Source: Yuukianura sp. NJ FZ-2021 (Eukaryota). Taken from it: DNA of 64,000 nucleotides. This document shows, piece by piece, positions 50,711 through 62,063 of this stretch (position 1 is its first letter; each line of letters begins with the position of its first letter). The stretch covers positions 6,200,001 through 6,264,000 of the forward strand of contig CM102284.1 in the NCBI GenBank assembly GCA_046563655.1, written 5' to 3'. The position numbers were made by a program, and so were the translations under genes. The notes beneath the pieces are model-generated. The model was not told where the DNA came from. It did no database searches and saw only the letters and a program-made list of their open reading frames with translations.

Positions 50711-53700
50711 CTACGGACTGTCCTTAGTTGGGGGCGGTGAGGTAGGTTCATCTTCTTCTTCATCTAGGGTAAGCTTGAACTGAATAGTGTTGCTGGGTGG
50801 GGAGGGAGTGATGAGGTTGTTGTAATATTCTCGATTGATTTCCAAAATGTCAAGGATTTCACAGGTCAAAGGATGCTGAACCAGTTCGTTCCAAGTTTCC
50901 CAAAGTGGATGACAAATGTAGTCAATGAAACCAACCTGGAACAATTAAAAACCAAAAATTAAGTCAGGAATGAGCCACTATCACCTTGAACTTTGCAATT
51001 TTTGAAAGGTGAAACTCATTTGCTGAAGGTCGTTTTTATGTCAGAGATAAAAGTTTCACCTGAGTCTTTTCTATTGAAGAGTTATTGCGGTCACACATCG
51101 GTGAAACATCAAGTCCGAGGTCACGCTCTCGGTCTCCTTGTAAGTAAAACTCCTTCATCACGAGCTCCACCCATTGTTTGTACAATTCTAACTCCTTCGT
51201 TGGATTACTCAGATCAGCACAGTGAACTAGCGTTTGTAGAACCTGAAAACCACATCAAAATTTTGAAATTCAAAATTCCAGAATTTCAAAAATGAAACTT
51301 TAGGTTAATGATTTTGATAAGTTTTTATGATCGGAAGACGTTTTGGAGGTGAATTTGCTTTCACTTTGTTTCGAAATTTTTAATATTAGAATGTTTTTAC
51401 GTTAAATCTTACTTGAATCCGTTCTTGGTAGTCATCAAAACATAGGATTCCATTAGTAATCGTTTTGGTTTCCACCATTGTCTTTAAGTTAGAGAGTAGA
51501 ATCATGTGTTTAGACATGTCCGTAGCCAGTACAATGTCAATGACCAGTTTCCGCATCGTTTGTCGCTGTAATCTCGTTAGAGAGGCCAAAATGTCACAGC
51601 CTGGTGTCTGAAGTAATTTGAAACCAATTGAAAGGTGATGATTTTCTAATACTGACTCGTCGTTGTACAGAAGTGCTAAACTGGAATCTAAAAAACAACA
51701 AAATCGATTAGAATCTAATAAAAAAAATCTCGTTAACAATGCTATTGTCTTTCTCAGCTTTCTCTTCTTTCTCTTTTTCAAATAAAACTCATTTCTAAAG
51801 AATCTTCGCTTTTTTCAAGAACTTTCTCTTCTTGTCTTTCTTTTCAATTTTTTACCCGAGTTGATGAGAAACTGATTCGTGACTCCAGGGTGATCCACAT
51901 CATGAATCATGGCTCCAAAGAGAGTTGCCAAAATTTCTAGTTGACTAAACACTTCACTAAAACTTTCTAGATTGAGTAGAATATTTGTAGAATTGAGGAC
52001 GTCTGTAGCATGGAGATTGTTGTGATATGGTACTGAAGAGTGATAATTGGATTCTAAATTTAGTAAATAATTTACAAGTGTAGTGTGCGGGATATTAAAC
52101 GTCTTGAAGAAATTGCGACTCTGCCAAAAAGAGAAACAAAAGATATGAATTACGAAATTTTTACAATTTGCACATCATAATTTTAAGAAGTCAGCAACAA
52201 ACTATTTACACGCCCGTTTCTCGTGAAAAGTGAATTCGCACCTTCCTGTTTGTGCGAAAACAGACGGTGTGAACCACTTAGGAGGAACGTGCCAATAAGT
52301 TGAGAAACGTGCTAATCGATTTACCTTAAAAATATGATAGCCTAAGCATGTAAGAGGCTTGAAGTTGCAGATAGAGTTCAAATGGAATACGTTTAAATTC
52401 CAATTATTTGTTTCTAGTAGTGAGGTCACTTCTTCCAAGTTGTTTTCTTCCAAAGGGATACCAAAGGGCTGTTCCAGAGCATTAGTTGATGTAGGGGTAC
52501 CCTCAACCAGGGCTACTTTCAAATCCATGTTATTTGCTAGGAAGTTCAGCTCAGGCAACTGCTTATCTGATTTTCAAACCAATTCACCAAATTCAGTTCA
52601 TGTTTTGAGAGTAGTTCACTAAATTCATCTCAGATTTTGAGATTATCCACCCGTAAACGAGATTTCATCAACGCCAAGGCCAGTTTTGGTGCTTTTAGAT
52701 TTTTTTTTTAACTTTCAGCACCATATATGGTAACGGTATTTAGAAAAATTCATTTCCAGAAAACGCTAATCCAGTTTTTAGTGAAAAGAGTTTTGGACAC
52801 GAATGTGCTTAAAAGTTATGAATTTTGGAAAATTTATGAAATTTTTGATGAAATTTTTCCGTGTGACTTACCAATATAAGTACTAAGGAGGTAATTGCTG
52901 ATTAAGTTTCCAGATTTGGACGATTCTGAAAATTGACTCAATTCCTTGTTCAGCATTTTCTTAAACTGAAATTTCGAAATGAAAAAAGTTACACTTTGAA
53001 CCAAAATTTTGAACTTTTTTGCACTCCTTACCTTGCTCGTAGTCATATCACTTATACTTTTCGTTATATGGAGATTCTCGAGTTGATCTGTCACCCAATC
53101 AAGCTATAAAAAGTTCCAAAAAACACAAAACAAAATTTCAGAATTCCTTTTAGTCCAAATCACGACTTTTAACATTATGCTAAGCACAGAGGTCAAAGGT
53201 CACCCCAAAAAATTGGCAAACGGACAACAGTCTATTGGAATTTTAGTAGAGGAGACCGGTTTTAATTTCGGGACTCTTCACGCTTGGAAAGGCTGAGAAG
53301 AGACTGTGCTCTGGCCAAATGATCTCACAAAAGAGCAACTTTTTTGCACTTTGGAGCAATTTTTTTGTTTTGCAAAAATCAATTTACCTCGTCCAAGGTC
53401 TCTTGCACGATTCCATGATTTTCTGGAGTTGGTTTGGTGGGTGGATTGGCCGGTTCTGGAGCAGACTGCAAAGGTGTAGCGATTCCCTGCGTTCCAGCTG
53501 CATTGGAGCAAGACGTTGAAGTGGATGGGGTACTACTTGAACAACGCCGAGATCTGTCAAATCAATCATCCTCTTCAATTAAATTGGGAATTACAATTAC
53601 TAATCATACTGTATAGTCACAATTAACTTAAAGAGACAATTAGTATGGCCATATTGCGTGACGTAGTGAGGCAAAACTTGTTTCCACATGAAATAGCATT

Positions 53701-56700
53701 ACATTTTCCAACCTTCCCGGACAAGCCTCCAGCAGAAATTTGCAAACCATGATGATGATGACACTCACTCGAGAGACAGAGCAGATGAGGAGGGTGTGGA
53801 ATTTCATCAATCAATTAATTCAGATGTGTCATCCTTATTAAAATTTAAATTGATAACTTGCTCGACACTGTCTAGCTTTTGAATGTGTCAGAGAAAGCAT
53901 ATTTCATGTTAACGAAAATTTTGAAACCACTTTTAGAACAGAATTTTCAATTTCTGAAAAAAAAGGAACTGTTTTCCTCTTGCGCCATTCAAACTTCACT
54001 CTGTTCGGATGCAATGCACTTTTGATTTTGTATAAGTAGGTATGTGGCGGAGAAATTGTAAGCGAACAGAGTTAAATTTATAAAATTGCCGTAGAAAGTT
54101 AATTGTAGTGTCAAATTTTACTAATTTTAGAACAATTTAATCCTTAGAAACCTAATTTCAAAAATTGTCGTTCAGCAATTTCGACAAGATGAGTTATGCT
54201 CTTAATTTTGGATTTGTTCAAAAACTTAGACAGATTTTATAACTTCCGTTTTTGTAAGACTTTTTGACATCAAATTGATGTTTTGCAATATAAAACAATG
54301 AAAGGGGCAAGCAGAACAAATTGTTCTGAATTTTGAAAAATTAATAAGTTTCGAAAAAGTTTAGAAACTGAAAAAGAAAACTGAAATTATTGAAATTACG
54401 ATTGCTATAATGAGATGCCACATGAAAATAAATTATTTTCTTCGGTGTAATTTTGGTTTAGGGAATGCCGGGTACGGGAATACGAGATAAGATAAGTGAC
54501 GTCACAAACTAAAAGTAAGTGACGTCACAAAAAGTTGAAAAAACACGGGAACCTTTTCGTTCCGCATAATATCCGCATAGCATCCGGCCAAAATCTATGG
54601 TCCACTTTTTGGATAGCAGTCTGCACGACACGCAAAAATCAACACACATCACACATTAATTATTTTTTATAGTTATAGTAATTAATCACACTCACTCTTT
54701 GTTGAATTTCAGGAATTTAATTGAAACTAATTGACTCCTACCTATTGCACTACTTCTCTTCAAATCTTAACTTAAGTTCAACTTTAGTACATAGTTAATT
54801 AGTTATATCGTGAATTAATTACTTTATAATATATTTTTTATTACCTTTTGCCTTCACTGCCAGCATCGAGATTCGTGATTATGCAGTAGTTGTGTCGTAT
54901 ATTTTTGAGGCTATTCAGAATCTGAGCAAATGGGGTGACGACCAATTGCTGTTGTTGCTGTTGGTCTGGATCTTGGCTTGACGGTGGTGGACCAGCCGTT
55001 CCTGACCTGCAAAGGTCAAGCCCACAATTTCAAAATTTTGAAAAAAAAAGAATCAAAATTCAGGTAAAGTAGAAATTCAGAAGAAAAAAAATAGACGCTT
55101 TCTCTTCCGAAAGTGAAAGTTTGTAGCAATTTCCGTTTGAAATCTCAATTAGATTTGACTTTCGCCGCATTTTCCCTCGTGTTTACTTAAACCCTCCATT
55201 TCCCCGTCTCCATTGTCTCTCTAAGCATCTTCCTCAAAAACCCATAAGCCTCTGTAGAATCTACTTTCATTCACTCTGGGAATTGACATAAGGACACACC
55301 GGTTCTCATCTTTGTGACAAGAGCCAAAGTTACGTTAGGTTAAGGTTAGGCTAACGTTAGGTTAAGCTTTTAAGGGATTTCCAGAGAGGACAGTTATCTA
55401 ATTCCCTTTTCCAGTAGGATTCAGATCCGCTTTGATACTGTGCTTTCTGTCTCCCAGTCGATGCTTTTCCTTTTCCAACCTCAAAGCAGAGCCCTTCAAA
55501 GAGATTTTGAATTGGCCCTTGACAAAGGGCTCCAGTTTCACTCTTTGACTTTCACTCTATTTCTATACTAACTGGTTCAGATTTATAAGTTAAGGTTTCA
55601 AAAGATTAGGTTACGTTTTCATATGCTTACAGATCGTCTATAAGGAGTCGATTCCAGAAAGTATTGTTACGTGAGCTTTTGATCCTCAGCACTGAAGTGC
55701 TCAACGTCCGTGGGAACTTTAGGGCAAAAGGACTTCCGTTTCCGCTGCTCTGCATTTCTTCTTTTCAATTTCCAAATTCCTAAGCTTTCACCGTTCCAGA
55801 ACTTAATTGCGTCCAAATTTTTTTTTTCTGGAAGCACCGCACTTTCTCTTTCCTCCTACGCCTTTTCCAAAACTTATTCCAATTTTGAATTTCAAAACCC
55901 CACTGCTAAATTAAGTCTTTTCGTTTGCACGTAGATCCGAGGATTTAAGGAAGAAATTTCCCAACTTCCACTTGGATGCTCTGATGAACACTGTAATGGG
56001 GGACTCTTCTGGGTGCTTACTAAACTTTAAGTCGCATTGGTTAGGCAGTATTAAGCAAAAGTGGGACTACTACTGCCTAGTCAGTAGTCGTCTCCCAAAG
56101 CCCCACTCTCTCACACTACTAAAATGCTGAATAGAGATCCACTTTTACCCTTTTCCTTGTCTATTGACGTCTTTTTCATCTCTACTTCCTAGCTTACCAC
56201 TTTACTACGACTAAAAAAATAGACTATAATCTACCATCGACCTCCCCAGGAAGAAGCCGACGACGCTTTTTAGGCTTTCCTAGACCAGGAACAGAAAATG
56301 GTCGGAGAATATACAGCAAAAAGCATAGCCAAAGACTTTGGTGGATACAACGCAATCCCGCAATCTAAAAAAATTGTGAAACTGAGAGGCGCTTTTCCTG
56401 GAGAGAGCAAAAGCAAAACCAGGAGCAGCGTCTCTCTCGAATTCTCCGATTCCTCCCGAGGAATCCCTAGGAGAAAATTTCCTAAATATAAGGAGAAAGT
56501 TGACTAGCCGTGATAGTCATAGACCAAACCAAACCTACTGTTAAAACGGCTCTTCCACCAAGATTTTGCAACATTTTCATGCGCTGGAACATCTCTAGTA
56601 AAAAATCTTTAGTTTTTTGGTAGAAAACTAAAAAGAGACTACCGCACTTACCCAGAAGTCCATTCCACATCGTTGTAATCCTCATCATGACGATACAGAA

Positions 56701-58429
56701 ATGATTCACGGCGAGCATATTGCTGCGGGTGTGATGAAACTTGTAATCCCTCAGCTCTAAACAGACACAAAGAACAGACAGAGAAGGTATTAAATCTTAT
56801 AGAAATTAGGAAAGCAAACATTAGGTTTAAGTGAAAGGGAAGATGACACTTTAGGGATGAACTGAGATCCTAACCACCTAGCAGCGTCATCATCATCTTC
56901 ACAGAAACTTTTTTTGCAAACCTTATTTCGTTCCTTGCCCTTTGCCTTCTTGTAATGGTTCTACTAGTGTAAATCCCTGTGGACTCAAAATAGATTTCGT
57001 GGGACAGAAACATGAAGAGGCAGGAGGAAAAAGTTAGTGAGAAGCACTTCACCGAAAGCAATCATCCAAAGAGGACAACTAACACAAATCCACTTGGCAT
57101 TTGGAGGGAAGTAGCACTACTAAGAAAAAATCCACTTGAGGCAACTGTTTTTTGGATGATTAGAAAAGACAACTTGGAAGAATATCAAAATCGCCTTGTT
57201 TTTTAAAAAGAACGCTCAAGGTGCTCCAAAAAGTCTAACTTATAGGAGCAACCGAAAAGTTAACTTATAGGGCCAAGTAAAAGCTAGGAACAAACGAAAA
57301 TCTAATGTAAAGAGAAGAGAATCAAGAAATTCCTAAGCTAAATGATGCGGGCGGGGTAGTTTTTAGCGTGAAACGATTTTTTGGAAATGAAATTTTTCTG
57401 GGAGAGAAATTTCTCAGAATTTTCTCTTCCTTTTGCAAAACATGGGATGCTGAAAATCTTGAATTTTTTTTTTCGTGAAATAGAAATAACAGTTTCTCTT
57501 GGCAGATTGCTCTTTTCTCATCGTTTTCAACTCAAATTAGCTCAATTTGAAAGAAAAAGATGTCATATTCTTTCGGGACGGTGCGGGAAATGACCCAATT
57601 TCTAAGAAATGTCCATGACGTGACAAGTTTTGGCAAAAAATTCCACGGTGTGTCACGGTGGTGGTTGGTGGATGACATGTCACTTGAGCCAACATTTTGG
57701 AAACATGACAGTTCTGTGTTCACGGCTCACGGGATCACAGGCCATGTTAAATTCAAACACAAATGAGGGGGCGGGAGCAACCTAACATTAGAAACATTAA
57801 GTAAGTGTTAGCAGGGGCAGGGTGAAAGTGGATGACATATTTGGAAAAATTATTGACATATTTTGTCATATTCATAAGAAATACGGGAATTGACATATTT
57901 TGACATATCGGGGTTACATCAAATATGTTATGTTAGGGTTACATCAAATATGTTAGGTTAGGGTGACATCAAATTTAACATAAAAATTGACATACCCCTT
58001 CGGTTGCTGAAGCGACGACGTCGTACTGCTCGTGACCAGCGTCGGATGACCCAGCATTCCGCTCGTGACTGGCAAACTGCGTCTGGGTTTCATAGGCACA
58101 TAGCCAAAGGAGTTGTGGCGATTGAAGATCGGAGCTGAAGTGCGTTTGATTGACCTCGGGGGTGGGGGTAAGTCGCCTCTGGCCCCACCGAACCCACCAG
58201 AGCCACCACTAGAACTCGTGCCACTGGAACTGGACTTGCATGACTGTTCCACCGAGTACGTCCTCTTGTTCAGAATCTTGTCTGATAGGAGTATATTTTT
58301 AATAAATTCTCTTGGGATGGTATCGGTAGGCTGGAGGTCATCTTCTGGATCATCAGCATCAGCTGGCTCTGGATCTCCACTTCCCCCAACAGTCTGCTCT
58401 TCGTCCAAATTACCCTCGTCACTCGACAT
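50711..58429 (-). CDS. PDE4: cAMP-specific phosphodiesterase, PDE4/dunce family (long form with UCR1/UCR2)
   Basis: Exons include 57996-58429, ~54845-55006 ([16 protein letters not shown]1), ~53388-53553, ~53032-53104 and ~52872-52966 (ETLDELDW...[14 protein letters not shown]2), then catalytic exons with [70 protein letters not shown]. The identity of the first exon is less certain, and alternative promoters are likely. Confidence 0.88.
54322..54654 (-). repeat. Dispersed repeat, copy 2 (inverted relative to 49336-49660), inside a PDE4 intron
   Basis: See copy 1. TGACGTCA at 54497 and 54520. Confidence 0.85.
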
Positions 58430-61400
58430 GCTCAAGTTAACTTTAAGTGGTTCGTTTAATATGTTAGGGTATGGTGAAAGATGAGTTCAGTGCAGACCAG
58501 ACACTGCTAAAAAGTCACAAACTTGCTAAAAAGTCCAAGTGCGTCCAAGCGAAGCTTGTCTCCAAGGCCAAAGTTTTGAGGACTGCTGCCACAAGTGAAT
58601 AATTTTTCAAAGTCGTGTGGATTCTGTTTACACTGGAAAAGTACTACAAGTTAGTTGAAATGTGTAGTACTAATTGAGTCCTATTTAAAACAATTTAGCA
58701 CTTTTAAAAACTGAAGTTGCTAACTGCTCCCACCTCGACTCGAACCCACCTCCGTGACCTTTGACAGCGGTCGCAGAACCACCACGCTCCAACCCATTCC
58801 TCCTTCTTCCCTCATTTGCTCCACTTTTCCCTTCCTTTTATACTTTCTTTTTCCTGCAAATAGACTTTCTCGGAGCGTTTTAGTAGGAATTCAACTTTCT
58901 CCAAGTGGAAAGTGGGCTATGGCTTAGCCTTTTCCCGGAGACAGCCAGATAACTTTCCACCCAACACCAACAACAGGCCAAAAGCTTCGGTGGTGCTCCT
59001 AGCCTAACCTAAACCTAAGCTTTTTAGGTTAGGTTTTCCTTTCGATGGTGATGGTTCTACTGAGTACTATGGGGAAATGTGAAAGCAAAAAAAGCTCTAG
59101 GGACTGGGCGTAGGTACATAACCTTAGTGACTACTACGTACACTATTGCACCTTCCAGCTCCTGTACCTCAACACACACAAATTTTAATTTCAACGACGG
59201 GGTTTCCTCCAGTGATGGAGAAAATGTTCGGGAGGAGAAAGTGAGCCAGAAAATGGGATTCGAGCGAATGACTTTGAGAAAACCTAACCTAACTTTCCAA
59301 AATCTAACATTGGAAAATCCAATGTTAGAAAATCTGACGTTGGAGAAAGTAGAGAAAGTCACTCAAATCCAAACACGAACCTAGTAACAACACTATCACA
59401 GTAAAACCACCTACCACACTATGGTTTTCTCGCTTGAAAACCTCATCTAGCTACCTAGCGGAAACAACAAAAGACTTTTTCTAGAATCTTAGGCTTAGAA
59501 ACTACCAGTTTTAAGTTTCATCTTAAGCTACTGCGACACTACTGTGCTTTCTTCCAGCACAGCGGTCCTTTCTAACATAAACTTTCTTCCTTTTTGGGAA
59601 CTTCTGAAATCTCGCTTGGAAACTTTCACTTCTAAGACTTTCTCTTTTGTCCTTCCAGATCTCATATCAAACTTTCCTTTGAATCTAAGATACTCCTAAC
59701 TTTCTAGTTTCTAGCATAGTATAGGCATCAAATTCTGGCAACTATCAGATATCTCTAAGCCATTTTCTGTTAAGGGATAAACTAAAAACAGACAAAAAGT
59801 TTTAGATCAGTATCCTCTCTTTTGCTAAGAACCACTTGTATGAACTTTCACTGTGTTGCAGGTCCAAAATGACTCAGAAAACTACAGTGTACCTCAAGGG
59901 ACTCACACACGATAGACATAACCTTAACTATGTCTTCCTGGACACTTTCACCGTTAAGTGTCTTGTTGGACACACACTTAACACATTGACTGTCTTAATG
60001 TCTTGTTCCTGTCTAAACTGCGAGAAAGAACCGAAAAAGAAAACTCCCGGCGGGAGTAACTATGTTATACTAAAACTTACTCCCGAAATTGACATGATTA
60101 TGACCCAATTTTTTTTCGAATACCGCCACACCTAAAAACTAATCCACCAGAAACTCATTTTGCACAAAACTTTTTGCCTACGTCAATTTCTCCACATCGC
60201 TGTGATGAAAAAAATAATAGCACTTGTTCAAATAAATTATGACGTACGTACATGCGATTTCAGCGTAAGAAGAATGCTAGCAGCTCTTCATGCCAAATTT
60301 TTTTCAGACCCCAGAAACCAGATTTTCGTGTTTTTGAAGAACACGAAGAATGTTACGTCAACGTGACTTGCCGTGCTCTGCTGCGTTAAAAGTTGGTCAA
60401 TCCCATGTGATCCTGAGATTCCTGATATGCACAAACTGTGATATATGACGATGATGACGTGGTATTAAATGACTCCAATTATTTATTGCACTCAAGAGAA
60501 ACGGAGATGATGAAGAGGGATGATGCTGATTCCATTGTGTTTTTAACACTAAAACTTTTACACACTTTTGTCAAAGTCACAACGATTGTCTGCGTCTCTC
60601 CCAAAAGTTTATAACTAAACAGAAGCGGTAAAAACGTAACTTAAGTACACTTAAATATTTCCAAATTTTTAACACATAAATAATTGATGAATCTAAACTT
60701 ATTCACACTTTTACATTTCTCGAGAGACGCCTATACTACCTTCTGCTGTATGTAAAAATCATGCTGCTTAAATTTCAACTATTCTGTGTAAAGTTACAAC
60801 AGCTGAACCTTGTAACTTACAAAGTACATAACATATTCACTTTTTTTCCAGAGAGATTCGAATGATGAGATTCGTTTTCAATTGAAATTCAGAACAGATT
60901 TTTTACACAAAAGAGTTTTTGAAGGTCTTTCCTGCTTAAATTCGCTTTTTAACATAAAGAGAAATAACAAAAAAAAACTAACCTTAAATTTCACATCCGC
61001 AATTTTGTCTAACAAAAAAAAAGTCAAAATTAAAATAAAATTATATTTTAAGTTTAATTATTTTTATGCACTTATAAATTATCCTCCTGTAAGATTCCTT
61101 CTCTCTCTCGAGATTTACAGTTAACTTTAATTAATTTGACTAATTCAGTTTAAGGCACATACATTTCTAGAATATTGTTGTTGATTCTGGCGAGATTACT
61201 TTGGGTTAAATACAATTCTCAAGAAGATTCGAAAAAACAAAGTCAGTTTTTAGCTCGCTGGTAGTTTTTAACTAACATTTTAACTCAATTATTGCTTCAA
61301 GTAATTAGTTAAAGGCACTAAATTCAGTTTTTACAAACTCCTACAAACTGTACACTTTTCTAAACAAGGCAAATTTAAGTAAAGCACATTTGAGATGATT

Positions 61401-62063
61401 GACAATAGTTTTAAGTAGTATTAAGAAAAAATTAAGTACATTTCAGTTTTTAGATTTAGAATCCTATGGTAATTTTCTAACATGCCAAAAGTTAACTGCT
61501 GGTGGGAAGATATCCAAGATATCCTGACACTATCCATGATATCCTCAGTATCTTGCGATATCCAGGATACCGCATTACATCAAGATGGAAGCGACACATT
61601 TAAGCTTACTTTGACACTGGATTGCCCGGTTAACATTTTCCAATTAATCTCACAACTAATTAACTCGGGGTTGAAATTTTCCCCAAAGTTAAACAAACTA
61701 CATACACTTAAGGCTTAGTTACACAAACAAGTAAGGCAAATTATTGTTTTTGGTCGAATCTCTGTCTACATAGAAAGTTTTCAATTACTAATTGAAAAAC
61801 TTACAAAGCAAACAACGACAACAAGAGAAAGGCTTTAGAGAGAGAAAGGAACAAAGTTTTTGAATATAAACACTTTCACTTGCTCTACTTCCTTTTAAAA
61901 TTAGTTGTTTAGACTATGAATTAATAATTTGCATTGTTGTTAAGTATTTCACCAATATTTTTCGGAAGATACTGATTCTCCTCTTGGCATTTTGTAAATT
62001 ATTGCTCTAGAAGTAGAGAAGGCAGCAGCAGCTCTGCAGCAGTTAGTAGTTGGTTTTAGTTGA

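Noticed and set aside
60480-62063. ACUAAY How/QKI response elements in the how 3'UTR (autoregulation)
   Set aside because: Only about three matches in 1.6 kb of AT-rich sequence, which cannot be distinguished from background by eye.
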